From a virus, in the IMG/VR virus record IMGVR_UViG_3300017917_002838, positions 40,556-104,555 of that record: a stretch of 64,000 nucleotides of DNA. One strand, 5' to 3'. A program made the translations under genes and the position numbers. The notes beneath the pieces are model-generated. The model was given only the letters and a program-made list of their open reading frames with translations, was not told the origin of the DNA and did no database searches. Each line of letters opens with the position of its first letter. The first letter of the stretch is position 1. This document shows positions 15,946 through 25,768 of this stretch, one piece after another.

Positions 15946-18900
15946 TTTATTTCCTTTACCATCAGTGTCCCATCTTCCAATTTTGAAAGGACTACATTGC
16001 ATATCATTCCTTCTCTCATTTTTGCTAAAGCTAATTTATACATACTAGTAAATACGATACATCTTGTCAACTCTTTATTATTATTTACAAGCACTATATG
16101 TGCCATTGTTTTACCAGCTTTAGTCTTATATGGAATAAAAGTTAATACTCTATATTTATCTTCTGGAATATCTTTATACTCAGATCTATATAAATAGTCT
16201 ACAAATATGTCATCTGTGTCTTCTTTAATCTCGTTTATATTTACATATCTTGCAATTCGATTATCTCCAACTAATATAAAGTACATCTGTCCAGATTCTA
16301 TTTGAGTATTTTCATTATGGAAAAGTCCTATAGATCCAGTCTCATCAACTAATTCTATTCGAGCCCAGCCAGTACCTCTTTTAATTCCTTTAACCATTCC
16401 AAACATAACAAAACATCCAAGCTCATCAAAGTCTTCAATTGGTCTTGCTTGTGCTTTAATTTTTGGAGGAATAGTATTTAAATTAAACTGAGGTATTCCT
16501 AAGTATTCGTAGAAGTTTTCTTGTTCTTTTCCGCTTCTTGGATTGTCCTTAAAAGCAGCCCCGCCAATGGTATTAAGAGCGCTAACAGCCCTAGAGTTAA
16601 TACCACTCCCTTTTGCTGACGCTTTTCCAGAAAAGTCTTTATAGTCTTCATATGGCCTCTTTTCAATTATTTTATTTGCTATGCTATCTGAAATATATTT
16701 AATATTTGCTAATCCAAATCTTATTGAATTATCTTGTAAAGAAAAATCTATTTGTGATTCGTTTACATGTGGAAGTAATATCTTCAACCCAAGTCTTTTA
16801 GCCTCAATTAAATATTCAGTTCTTGCATCCTTGTCGCCTTCATTTTTAAGTATGGCGAACATAAACTCTAATGGATAATAATGCTTTAGCCACGCAGTCC
16901 AATAAGAAAGCATACTGTAAGCAACAGCGTGAGACCTATTGAAAGAGTAGCCAGCATGAGCTTCAAAATCATGCCATAGCGCTTCTGCCGTTTCTTTTGT
17001 AATGTGCTTTGAAGCTCCAGAAACAAATTTTTCTTTGAATTGATCAAACTCTCTTGCATCCTTTTTCTTACCAATAATCTTTCTTACTTTATCTGCTTCA
17101 GACCAGGACATGCCACCCAAATAAACGCAAGCTTGCATAACCTGTTCTTGATAAATAATAACACCATAAGTATTTTTTGTAAAAGGCTGCATAATTTGAT
17201 GAACATATTCTACGGCTTCTCTACCATTTTTTCTGGCAATATATGAGGCACCGACAGTATTCATTGCTCCCGGGCGAACCAAAGCGTTTGATGCAGCTAA
17301 ATCTTCAAAAGAGCTGACTCCCATTTTTATTAGAAGATTTGTATATGGAGTTGCCTCAGCTTGAAAAACTCCTTTAGTATATCCAGAACTTAGATCAAAA
17401 TATACTTTTGAATCATCTAAAGGAATTTGTGATGTAATTATATCTTTATTATATCTTTGTTTGATTGATTGAATTGTGTCTGAAATAACTGATAATGTTT
17501 TTAATCCTAAAGCATCTAGCTTGATTAGCCCAATGTCTGCTACTGTATCCATGTCATAGGCTACAACAGGAACCCGTCCAGATACCTTGTCTTGTGGATC
17601 TTCTCTAGTTTCAATTGGAGCATAGTTTCTAACATCATCTTTAGCAACAACTACACCGGCTGCATGTACTCCAACATTTCTAATTCTTCCACGTAATTTT
17701 TCTGCTAAGTTTGTAACTTCTGGATATTTATTTCTAAAATCTAATGTGTTTGGCGAATCCATATAATCTTCAAATGTGTCTACAGATTTTAGTGCCTTGT
17801 TTACTTCACCAAGTGGCACCATGAATACTCGGGCAGCATCACGTACTACACCCTTGTCTTTAAAATATGTAAATGTAGAAATAGATGCAACGTGCTTAAA
17901 CTTTTTCTTTAGATAATCTTTAACTTCTTTACGACGGCGGTCTTCAAAATCTGTGTCAATATCCGGAAAGTCGTTACGCTCTGGATTAATGAATCGAAAA
18001 AATAGAAGATCATATTCTACTGGATCAACATCTGTAATTCCAAGGGTATAGCAAACCAAAGATCCGGCTGCAGAACCACGTCCTGGTCCAACCATAATGT
18101 TCTGAGACTTTGCCCAGTTAATCATATCTGCTACAACCAAGAAATAAGAAGCAAATTTTTTATCCTTAATAATATTTAATTCTTCTGTTAATCTCTGTTC
18201 GTATACATCATTACCCAGTAAGGATGGTGTCAGGCCTAGCCTTTCTAGGCCCTGGAAGGCCATCTCAGCCAGTTTCTCGTCGGCATTGGTCTTGGGTACT
18301 GGAAGTAGGTCTAATCCCTGCTTAAAGTCGTACTCCTCGACCTTATTTGCTATTTCAACTGTATTATCTAAAATGTCTGCCCTATTTATACCATTTAGTT
18401 TAAATGCTTCTTCTATTTCTTTTCTGGTCATTAAATATAAATCTAAATGTTCAAAGGATATCCTGCGCTCTGGCCATAGGTAATTATATCTTTCAAACAT
18501 ATTGTTTATTTTTCTAGACTTTTCAAAATCTAATTCTTTATTAGCTTTTGGAGAAGTAGAAAGGATTAGCATGGCCTCCTCTAATTCTCTTTCTGATTCT
18601 TTAGAGAAATGTGCATCACCAGTTGCAACTGGTTTAATTCCTAGTTCGTCTGCTAAATTTAATAAGGCTGTATTTATTTCTATTGGATTATGTGGCTGAA
18701 CCTCAACATAAAAATCATCGCCAAATGTTTTTTTAAAATCTTTTAATAATAATTTTGCGGTAGAAAAATCTTGCTTTTCAATTGCCTTGCTAATTAAACC
18801 GTTAAGACATCCGCTTAAAACAATAATGCCATCTGAGTATTCGTTTAAAACTTCTCTGTCAATTCTAGGCTTGTGATAAAAACCTTCTGTCCAGGCAATT

Positions 18901-19229
18901 TCTTGAAGTCTATTTATATTAGTAAGACCCTTTTGATTTTTTGCTAATAAAATTACGTGATTATAAGATTGAATAGATTTATCGGTAGCTGAAGATTTAT
19001 CAAACCTATCTGTTGGAGATATGTACGCTTCTACTCCAAGGATGGGTTTAACTCCATGATCTTTTGCTGCAGCTTGAATTTCTCTGTGAGACGAAAGAGT
19101 TCCATGATCTGTTATTGCCATAGCTGGCTGACCAATTTCTTTTACAGTTTTTATAAGCTCTTCTGGAGAATTTAATCCGTCCATGAGGCTATAATAACTA
19201 TGAACATGTAAATGAACAAAACTATCCAT
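15942..19229 (-). CDS. dnaE: DNA polymerase III alpha subunit (DnaE-type), PHP domain intact
   Basis: HLHVHSYYSLMDG, AITDHG, GPGRGSAAGSL, PDIDTDF, GYSFNRSH; no intein-sized insertion. Confidence 0.97.
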   Translation of the reverse strand: MDSFVHLHVHSYYSLMDGLNSPEELIKTVKEIGQPAMAITDHGTLSSHREIQAAAKDHGVKPILGVEAYISPTDRFDKSSATDKSIQSYNHVILLAKNQKGLTNINRLQEIAWTEGFYHKPRIDREVLNEYSDGIIVLSGCLNGLISKAIEKQDFSTAKLLLKDFKKTFGDDFYVEVQPHNPIEINTALLNLADELGIKPVATGDAHFSKESERELEEAMLILSTSPKANKELDFEKSRKINNMFERYNYLWPERRISFEHLDLYLMTRKEIEEAFKLNGINRADILDNTVEIANKVEEYDFKQGLDLLPVPKTNADEKLAEMAFQGLERLGLTPSLLGNDVYEQRLTEELNIIKDKKFASYFLVVADMINWAKSQNIMVGPGRGSAAGSLVCYTLGITDVDPVEYDLLFFRFINPERNDFPDIDTDFEDRRRKEVKDYLKKKFKHVASISTFTYFKDKGVVRDAARVFMVPLGEVNKALKSVDTFEDYMDSPNTLDFRNKYPEVTNLAEKLRGRIRNVGVHAAGVVVAKDDVRNYAPIETREDPQDKVSGRVPVVAYDMDTVADIGLIKLDALGLKTLSVISDTIQSIKQRYNKDIITSQIPLDDSKVYFDLSSGYTKGVFQAEATPYTNLLIKMGVSSFEDLAASNALVRPGAMNTVGASYIARKNGREAVEYVHQIMQPFTKNTYGVIIYQEQVMQACVYLGGMSWSEADKVRKIIGKKKDAREFDQFKEKFVSGASKHITKETAEALWHDFEAHAGYSFNRSHAVAYSMLSYWTAWLKHYYPLEFMFAILKNEGDKDARTEYLIEAKRLGLKILLPHVNESQIDFSLQDNSIRFGLANIKYISDSIANKIIEKRPYEDYKDFSGKASAKGSGINSRAVSALNTIGGAAFKDNPRSGKEQENFYEYLGIPQFNLNTIPPKIKAQARPIEDFDELGCFVMFGMVKGIKRGTGWARIELVDETGSIGLFHNENTQIESGQMYFILVGDNRIARYVNINEIKEDTDDIFVDYLYRSEYKDIPEDKYRVLTFIPYKTKAGKTMAHIVLVNNNKELTRCIVFTSMYKLALAKMREGMICNVVLSKLEDGTLMVKEIK

Positions 19230-19431
19230 CCCGCCTCCAATGTATAAACGATTTAATATAAACTATCATATATGCGATAGCTGCAACTATAAAACCATAT
19301 TGTTTTGTAACGATAGCATATGCTATCCATAAGCATTCATTGACAACAAGTATGAGCCAACCCCAGATTGTTTTTTTACCAACAAAAAATATTCCGGTTA
19401 CTCCAACCGCTGCTAATATCCATGACCACAT
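19222..19431 (-). CDS. Short PnuC-like membrane protein (3 predicted helices)
   Basis: MWSWILAAVGVTG...KKTIWGWLI...LWIAYA...QYGF hydrophobic pattern. Confidence 0.6.
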   Translation of the reverse strand: MWSWILAAVGVTGIFFVGKKTIWGWLILVVNECLWIAYAIVTKQYGFIVAAIAYMIVYIKSFIHWRRDG

Positions 19432-19439
19432 TTTAATAA

Positions 19440-19459
19440 TAGGGGGCTTTCGCCCCCTA
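19440..19459 (-). terminator. Intrinsic terminator after ssb
   Basis: TAGGGGGC-GAAA-GCCCCCTA then TTATT. Confidence 0.75.
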
Positions 19460-19462
19460 CCT

Positions 19463-20134
19463 TTACCAGTCTAAACTGCTGCTTGTTGAGGAATCTTCTG
19501 ATTTTTCTGACTCATTGTTGAGATAGAATGATTCCTGCTCTGCATATGGAAGATCTCTAACGGCAACCGTTTCTAGATCGAATAATTCAAGTGCTGACTT
19601 ATCAAAAGCACCCTCATCTTTTGCTAATGGAATTGCTGTGTAACTGGTATCTGTCTTAGAGCCAGTTCTCTTTACACGCCACATTAAATTAGAAATGCTA
19701 CCCATTTCATTTGCATACTCAATGAGTGTTGGTGTAATTGTTTTTCCGCTATGACCTTGAGACAAGATTGCTACGTATGGATCTTCCTTGCCATCATCAA
19801 CTAGAACGTTGATATAAAGTCTTTGTCGGCCTTTCCATCCAGCCTTATAGTCTTTCTTATGCTGTTCGCATCCCCAACACTTGCCTTGATCGTCAATTGT
19901 GCATAGGGCTTTTCGTCTGTAATCTTTAGGATTTGTATGTTCTACTGCAATAAATCCAAGACCGTATTTAACATCGTAATGCGGTGAATCTGGGTCTAGC
20001 TCTTGTAAAAATCTAATCTTTAAGCTTTCGCCGTCTTCAATCTTTAGCCAACGGCCTTTTGGTCCGCCTTCTCCACTTGATTGTGGTTTGTCTAGTGCTT
20101 TGTTTAGGTCTTTTAGACCTTTTACTATTCCCAT
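19463..20134 (-). CDS. Single-stranded DNA-binding protein (gp32-like)
   Basis: IRFL, H...C...CWGC zinc site, RLYINV, KRTG...TSY, acidic tail ending LDW; extended -10 TGATATAAT at 20185-20193. Confidence 0.75.
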   Translation of the reverse strand: MGIVKGLKDLNKALDKPQSSGEGGPKGRWLKIEDGESLKIRFLQELDPDSPHYDVKYGLGFIAVEHTNPKDYRRKALCTIDDQGKCWGCEQHKKDYKAGWKGRQRLYINVLVDDGKEDPYVAILSQGHSGKTITPTLIEYANEMGSISNLMWRVKRTGSKTDTSYTAIPLAKDEGAFDKSALELFDLETVAVRDLPYAEQESFYLNNESEKSEDSSTSSSLDW

Positions 20135-20190
20135 ATATATTCCTTATCTGTATAGTTGGCAGTATAGATCTGCCTGTATATTCTATTATA

Positions 20191-21183
20191 TCATTGCCAT
20201 AAAACATATTCAATATGAGAAACTGCATTTCTGATACAATCTTTTATCTCAGAATCTGTCATGTCTCCCGCATCTTTTGCATCATGTGGGTATATCTTAC
20301 CATAAGAATGCGAAGCCCACAAGATGTCTTTATTCTTTAATCTACTTACAATTGAATTACCAAGTTCTCTACCTGCTAAATCTGCATCTGTCATAATTAT
20401 TATTTTGTTAAAATATCTATTTAATAAATTAATATTTGTAGAAGATAGATGTCCTCCCAGTGTTGCTACTACGTTTGGAAATCCAGCCTGATGAACCCTC
20501 ATTGCATCAAAGGATGATTCTGTAATAATACAAATACCGCCAACAAGTTTAGCCCTGTGAATATTAAAAAGGGTACTACTGCGAGGTAGTCCCGTAGAGT
20601 TTTTGAACGTTTTACTATCAATCCCACGCCCAACAATCCCAACGCAAGTCCCGTCAGGGCTATGTACAGGAACAGTAACCATCCTGCGATTATAAGAATA
20701 TCCAACATTAAAGTACTCCAATGTTTCATCTGTAAATCCACGACCATGCATGTATGCACGTCCGTCATCATATTTTTTCATCTCTTCTGAAAGTTTTAAT
20801 AATGTTTCTGAATCAAACTCTATAAACTCTGGTTTATCTTCTAGCGTTTCTGCTAACATTTCATCAAAGTTTGATAAAGATTCTGTTTCTTTACTAGAAA
20901 TAAATCTTATTGCTTCAAAGTAATTCTTGCCACCTACTCTTTTTATTAGATCAATAAGTGTTCCAGTTTCTCCGCAAGCTGGGTTGAAACACAACCATGC
21001 TCCAGAACTTTTGCTAACAGAAAAACTTGTTGTATGCCTATTACTATGAAATGGACAATATAATAAAAAGTCGTTACCGGTTTCTCCAGCTACATCTAAA
21101 CCTAAAGACTTTAGAACTGATTTAATGTGCGAGGAGGAATACGTCTGATCAGTTTGCTTTGCGAAATTCCCTCTAATTGCCAT
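20191..21183 (-). CDS. dnaG: DNA primase (CHC2 zinc finger + TOPRIM)
   Basis: CPFH...CFNPAC, ITESSFD, VATLG, MTDADLAG; start placed at ATG 21183. Confidence 0.9.
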   Translation of the reverse strand: MAIRGNFAKQTDQTYSSSHIKSVLKSLGLDVAGETGNDFLLYCPFHSNRHTTSFSVSKSSGAWLCFNPACGETGTLIDLIKRVGGKNYFEAIRFISSKETESLSNFDEMLAETLEDKPEFIEFDSETLLKLSEEMKKYDDGRAYMHGRGFTDETLEYFNVGYSYNRRMVTVPVHSPDGTCVGIVGRGIDSKTFKNSTGLPRSSTLFNIHRAKLVGGICIITESSFDAMRVHQAGFPNVVATLGGHLSSTNINLLNRYFNKIIIMTDADLAGRELGNSIVSRLKNKDILWASHSYGKIYPHDAKDAGDMTDSEIKDCIRNAVSHIEYVLWQ

Positions 21184-21410
21184 GCCTGACTCTTTCCTAC
21201 ATGCACTCCGTGGATAGTTATTAGGAACTTCCACTTTTCACCATCATATTCTACAGAAAAGGCGGGGTCTATGTCAAGTGTTCTTACATAGCCCATGTCT
21301 CTCATATTATGTATCAGTAAAGATTCGTACTGGGCTCTGATTCTAACCATGTCAGAATCATCTAGGAACTCGCCCTTAATTTGAAATCTTCTTAATTGTT
21401 GATGAGTCAT
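21111..21410 (-). CDS. Hypothetical protein overlapping the primase 5' end
   Basis: ATGA-coupled to the dnaB stop. Confidence 0.65.
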   Translation of the reverse strand: MTHQQLRRFQIKGEFLDDSDMVRIRAQYESLLIHNMRDMGYVRTLDIDPAFSVEYDGEKWKFLITIHGVHVGKSQAWQLEGISQSKLIRRIPPRTLNQF

Positions 21411-22633
21411 TGCACCGGATTTTCATACACTTCCTTAATTATACCTCTATTGATATCCCAGTCCAGATAGAATGAAAATTCTTTTCCATGTCTATTTTTT
21501 CTAGAAACAATCTCAATAAGATTTGAATCGGAAATTCTATGAATGGCTAGTGCCATATCTGCATCATATTCAATTGCTTTTGACCAGGCTACCTGAGAAA
21601 GCATTGGTGGATTATCTTGGTCTGAGATATCATCCATTGTTGCAGCAGTAATATCAATAATTGGAATATTATTTGTCATTGCAAGCATTTTAAATTCACG
21701 AGAAATATTCATATTACGCTCTGTAGCACCAGAACTTTTTCTAGTATCTACGAACAACTGGTGATAATCTAAAATAACTAGATCTGGCTTATGCTGGTCA
21801 ATCTTTGCCTGAATAGTATTAGCGTTGACTTCTCCAACACCCTCATTAGACACCAAAATAAATCCACGCTTATCTGCAAACTTCTTTTTACTCCAAGACT
21901 TGAAGTCGTCCATGTTTATATCACCACGAGAAATGTCGCTATTTTTAAATATACCGGAACCCATAATTGTATATATACGATCACGCATGTTTTCTGGAGA
22001 CATTTCAAGGGATACAATCATTGGTTTAAAACCTTGCTCCCAAGCTTTGCATGCTAGATAAGAAGTAAACCAGGTCTTACCTTTACCCGGCCATCCTATA
22101 GCAACTATAAGATGTCCTGGAGCCATTCCTGTGGCATAAGCAGCATCAATTGCTTCAAACCCCGTTGGTATTCCTGGACTTCCACCCATCATGGCAGACC
22201 TTAGTTTAACATTCTCAAAATGTTTTTCTGCTAATTCGATGTCTGTAACATCTACGTCTCGAATATTATTTGTAAACTTATTTAAAACAGAAAGCTCTTT
22301 TTGCATTTGATCTAGCACTCTTGCTGGAGTATCTTCTTTTAAACTACTTCCGCTTTTCAAAATAATATTCTTGATTTTATTAGAAAGATATTCATTCTTT
22401 AATTCGTCTAGATAATATCCAGTTTCTGCTGTTACCTTTACTGGTTCAAAATCTTTAAACCGATCCTGAAGAATTCCAACTTCTGGTACCGACTTAAATT
22501 TTTGATAATAAGATTTTAAACTTTCCCAAATGTCTTTATGCGAAACAAATAGGTCATCTACATTTTGTGCCAGCAGTACGCTTATGTCTTTATTCTGACA
22601 TACTGCCGAGATTAGAGTTGCCTCCGTGTTCAA
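21407..22633 (-). CDS. dnaB: Replicative helicase DnaB-like
   Basis: GIPTGF, GWPGKGKT, SLEM, VILDY, IEYDAD, KNRHG. Confidence 0.93.
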   Translation of the reverse strand: MNTEATLISAVCQNKDISVLLAQNVDDLFVSHKDIWESLKSYYQKFKSVPEVGILQDRFKDFEPVKVTAETGYYLDELKNEYLSNKIKNIILKSGSSLKEDTPARVLDQMQKELSVLNKFTNNIRDVDVTDIELAEKHFENVKLRSAMMGGSPGIPTGFEAIDAAYATGMAPGHLIVAIGWPGKGKTWFTSYLACKAWEQGFKPMIVSLEMSPENMRDRIYTIMGSGIFKNSDISRGDINMDDFKSWSKKKFADKRGFILVSNEGVGEVNANTIQAKIDQHKPDLVILDYHQLFVDTRKSSGATERNMNISREFKMLAMTNNIPIIDITAATMDDISDQDNPPMLSQVAWSKAIEYDADMALAIHRISDSNLIEIVSRKNRHGKEFSFYLDWDINRGIIKEVYENPVQ

Positions 22634-22958
22634 TGTTCCGCCTCTCTTCTACCATGCTCTTAGTCTCATATCTTAACATATCTCTATGATGTTTGTCACT
22701 TTCTATATCTCTTTTTAACTTATCTATTTTATCAAAGTTGTATAGGAACCAGGATATAGGATGTCCAGACTTATCTAAAGTAAAATAATAAGAAATTAAT
22801 TCTTTAGCTTTTTCATAGCCAACAGAATCTATTACGTCCTGCATACCCCACTTTTCACGATACCTATTAATTGAAGGATTTTTTCCGCCATACTTTTCTT
22901 TGTATAAATTTGTATAAAGTGTTAAAAGGGCATGTGGTAAATTATTTTTATTTTCCAT
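22590..22958 (-). CDS. Hypothetical replication-associated protein (upstream of dnaB)
   Basis: ORF track; position suggests helicase loader/initiator. Confidence 0.6.
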   Translation of the reverse strand: MENKNNLPHALLTLYTNLYKEKYGGKNPSINRYREKWGMQDVIDSVGYEKAKELISYYFTLDKSGHPISWFLYNFDKIDKLKRDIESDKHHRDMLRYETKSMVEERRNIEHGGNSNLGSMSE

Positions 22959-23154
22959 TCTTTAGCTCTTCTTCAACCTCTTCTGTTTTTTGAACAAGTT
23001 TCTTTTCTACAAATGCGTAAACTCTATCTGTGGCCGAGTCGACAGTCTCCCCGTCTCTAACCCAATCCTCTACGCCAATGCCAATTTTAATGCTCTCATA
23101 ATTACCTAAATTTCTGGTAAATGAAAGATCAACCTTAACTTTTGTTTCGGACAT
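22948..23154 (-). CDS. Hypothetical protein (TRNLGNYES motif)
   Basis: Start moved to ATG 23154 behind GGTGG. Confidence 0.7.
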   Translation of the reverse strand: MSETKVKVDLSFTRNLGNYESIKIGIGVEDWVRDGETVDSATDRVYAFVEKKLVQKTEEVEEELKNGK

Positions 23155-23156
23155 AA

Positions 23157-23312
23157 TCACCACCAATATATCACAAAGTAGAAAAATAATAGATCTACTG
23201 ATAAGCTTCTTTTATTTATTTGTATGCCAACTGCCAAAGTCTTAAATGAATAAGACCATTCTAAAGAAAGTCTAAATTTTTTACGTCCGGAAGAATATAC
23301 TCTATTCCTCAT
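23157..23312 (-). CDS. Small protein, 51 aa, hydrophobic C-terminus (not in ORF track)
   Basis: MRNRVYSSGRKKFRLSLEWSYSFKTLAVGIQINKRSLSVDLLFFYFVIYWW; TAATG coupling. Confidence 0.55.
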   Translation of the reverse strand: MRNRVYSSGRKKFRLSLEWSYSFKTLAVGIQINKRSLSVDLLFFYFVIYWW

Positions 23313-23797
23313 TAGTCCGCCTTCCAAACTGGTATAAATTTTCCGTCTTCTGTTTTCGTATACAGAATGATATTATTTTTTAAAAGAGCTGTCAACTCCC
23401 TTTTATTAGGAAGATCTTCTATATTTCTTCCTGAAGATAAAATAAATTCATATATTTCAATAATGTCATCTTCGCTAAAAATATATTTCCACCACCCTGA
23501 ATCTGGTTTTCCTATAGGAATAGCTTTTTGTGGAGCCCGAACCTTGCCCTCTATTATATAATCTTGTATAGTTACTCTATGTTTATTTAAAATAGTACTT
23601 ACTTCTGTTAGTGTAAAAGCATTTTGCATATATTTAACGACATCAGAGTATATAAATATCATTCTTTTTTGATCTGAATATGACCAGGCAATTATCTGAT
23701 CTTTAGCCCTGGAAGATCTTAGAACACGGTAAAGTTTTTTATCTAAATAAAAATACTTAAACTTTTTGCTTGTTCTATTTCTTTTTGTTGTAGCCAT
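23312..23797 (-). CDS. HTH (MerR-like) DNA-binding protein
   Basis: FTLTEVSTILNKHRVTIQDYIIEGKV...YIFSEDDI. Confidence 0.7.
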   Translation of the reverse strand: MATTKRNRTSKKFKYFYLDKKLYRVLRSSRAKDQIIAWSYSDQKRMIFIYSDVVKYMQNAFTLTEVSTILNKHRVTIQDYIIEGKVRAPQKAIPIGKPDSGWWKYIFSEDDIIEIYEFILSSGRNIEDLPNKRELTALLKNNIILYTKTEDGKFIPVWKAD

Positions 23798-23931
23798 ACA
23801 GCAAGTACCGATTTCTCTTTATGAAGCATCCACCGCTTACCGCACATAATACAAAATAGTTCTACGTGCAACTTTTGAGAAAATACTCTGTCTATAAAAA
23901 CTCGACCATTGCATTTTCTGCAGGTAAACAT
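23743..23931 (-). CDS. Zinc-ribbon protein
   Basis: CRKCNGRVFIDR...CIMCGKR. Confidence 0.7.
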   Translation of the reverse strand: MFTCRKCNGRVFIDRVFSQKLHVELFCIMCGKRWMLHKEKSVLAVWLQQKEIEQAKSLSIFI

Positions 23932-24738
23932 TTATATCGAAAAGACCTTTCCATCTACCACACATGTATAGTCTGGAGATATTTCAATTATTTGAACATG
24001 TGGCCATTCGCCATTTTCTATATGAGCAATTGCAAAACCTTTTTGCCAATCATGATGTTGAGTATATTTCATTCCTTCGCTTTTTTCATCGCACATGTGT
24101 CCGATTTCATATCCACGAATTGTTTCGCCCTTACCATCATTTCTTAACTCATATGTTTGAAAGTGTGAGGCTATTCTATGAGAATGACCTCGAATTAATG
24201 ACACCTGAAGATCATTCATGTCTTTTCTCACAGCTCCAGTGTCTGCCACCGAAAGTCCGTGATGAACGTGAATATCTCCATATCTTTTTTTAGGAAGTTC
24301 ATTATAATAAATATAATCGTAACCATATGAGTCAAGTCCCCATAGCGATTCTGGTGTTACTAATTTAATATAATCTGGAAGTTTTGCATCTACATAATTA
24401 AAAATTCTTACATCATGATTTCCAAGTGCTGTAAATAGCTCTGCTTTTTTACCAGCAACATCCCGATTCATTTTATAAAATTCTCTAGCGTCTTTAGCCT
24501 CATGCTCCATTAACGGAATAATAGCTTCACCATTTTCTGCCTTATGCATTTTTAAGAATTCGGCAGATCTTCCTTCTGTATATTTACTATAACAGGCTTG
24601 ATCGTCTGTATCACCCAAAATGTCTACTACGTCCGGCTTCCACCACTTCATTACCTTAAACCAAAGCTCAATAGCTTTGTTGTCTTGATAAGGAAATTGC
24701 TGGTCAGAAGACAGCATCCATTTTAAATCATTAGACAT
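23932..24738 (-). CDS. Calcineurin-like metallophosphoesterase
   Basis: SDQQ, LGD, GNHD, HHG, GHSH motifs. Confidence 0.9.
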   Translation of the reverse strand: MSNDLKWMLSSDQQFPYQDNKAIELWFKVMKWWKPDVVDILGDTDDQACYSKYTEGRSAEFLKMHKAENGEAIIPLMEHEAKDAREFYKMNRDVAGKKAELFTALGNHDVRIFNYVDAKLPDYIKLVTPESLWGLDSYGYDYIYYNELPKKRYGDIHVHHGLSVADTGAVRKDMNDLQVSLIRGHSHRIASHFQTYELRNDGKGETIRGYEIGHMCDEKSEGMKYTQHHDWQKGFAIAHIENGEWPHVQIIEISPDYTCVVDGKVFSI

Positions 24739-24753
24739 TTTTCTCCCTATATG

Positions 24754-24778
24754 TAAAAAGTCACGAAACCGTGACTTT
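24754..24778 (-). terminator. Terminator-like hairpin with U tract between promoter and replication operon
   Basis: AAAGTCACG-GTTT-CGTGACTTT-TTA. Confidence 0.6.
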
Positions 24779-24789
24779 AGGTACTACAA

Positions 24790-24818
24790 ATTGTAGCATT
24801 ATGAATTGATATCGTCAA
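24790..24818 (-). promoter_or_regulatory. sigma70-type promoter TTGACG-N17-TACAAT with TG extension
   Basis: -35 at 24818-24813, -10 at 24795-24790. Confidence 0.7.
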
Positions 24819-25238
24819 TTATCCGTGCAAGACTGCCATGAAATAAATATTTACCATGTATTCTTTTTTGTCACCAGTTTTATAATAAACGTAAACATCT
24901 GCCGAGTCTACTCTAATTTCACCAATTGTTACAGACATTTGCTCGTTTGCCAATCCACCTTCTGGGCTGCTAACATTTGCAATAACAGATTGTGGTGCCA
25001 TTGAGAAAAATCCTTCAAAATTAGCAATAAATTTTGTTGCCTTGCCAGCTACCACTTTTTGTTTTCCGGTTAATCCACCAAATATTTGTGGCTGAATACT
25101 ATTTTCTAAAGAACTTTGACCAGGTCTTCTTCCTACAATTGGAATAGATGATCTTACCGCATAAAAATCTTGAGCTAAACTATTTAGAGTGGAAGCATCT
25201 AATGGTGTTCCATCTGGAAAGTTATATGCCTGAGCCAT
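24819..25238 (-). CDS. Minor tail/structural protein (H-type lectin-like fold possible)
   Basis: End of tail gene cluster; F..F..AP.V.A...V..YFMAV pattern. Confidence 0.5.
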   Translation of the reverse strand: MAQAYNFPDGTPLDASTLNSLAQDFYAVRSSIPIVGRRPGQSSLENSIQPQIFGGLTGKQKVVAGKATKFIANFEGFFSMAPQSVIANVSSPEGGLANEQMSVTIGEIRVDSADVYVYYKTGDKKEYMVNIYFMAVLHG

Positions 25239-25246
25239 TTTTCTCC

Positions 25247-25426
25247 TTAGTTATCTAAGCTATCTAGATGTAGCTGATACTCTTTTTCTGCTTTTTCTTT
25301 TTCTTCTTTTTCATTAAGCATCTGTGTTATTTCTGATCTTAAAATTGCAATTTGTGTTTCATAATTAGCTGCCATCTCACCAATTTTTTGCTGAAGAGCT
25401 GTAATTATTAATTCTGATTTATTCAT
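25247..25426 (-). CDS. Small coiled-coil protein, 59 aa (not in ORF track)
   Basis: MNKSELIITALQQKIGEMAANYETQIAILRSEITQMLNEKEEKEKAEKEYQLHLDSLDN; TAATG coupling. Confidence 0.75.
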   Translation of the reverse strand: MNKSELIITALQQKIGEMAANYETQIAILRSEITQMLNEKEEKEKAEKEYQLHLDSLDN

Positions 25427-25731
25427 TATTGTCCTGTAATATGTGGAAAAGCATTTACATTGTTCATGTATAAATATTGTCCAGGTGCAGCATATTCAAA
25501 AAGGGAATTTACTAAGTCTGGTGAAACCTCTAAAGAATTTAATTCTTCTTGTAGAGCTAGAACCTTTAAATTTATTTTTTCTATTTCAGAATTTGTAACA
25601 CTTATGATTCCAGAATTTTCTTCTGAATTAACATTATATTCAATTAATGCTAATTCAAAATTATATTTTTGTGCAGATAAATTTTTTAATTTACCAACCA
25701 CAATAGAAGCTTTTTCGTTATTTGAAAGCAT
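25426..25731 (-). CDS. Hypothetical coiled-coil protein
   Basis: SD AGGAG and extended -10 TGGTATAAT at 25752-25760. Confidence 0.7.
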   Translation of the reverse strand: MLSNNEKASIVVGKLKNLSAQKYNFELALIEYNVNSEENSGIISVTNSEIEKINLKVLALQEELNSLEVSPDLVNSLFEYAAPGQYLYMNNVNAFPHITGQ

Positions 25732-25768
25732 TTTTCTCCTTTATTTATATTATTATACCATAACAGCA

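Noticed and set aside
15942-19229. Intein or intron in dnaE (also considered for terL, dnaB, recA)
   Set aside because: Lengths are normal, motifs are contiguous, and no intein or homing-endonuclease signatures were seen.
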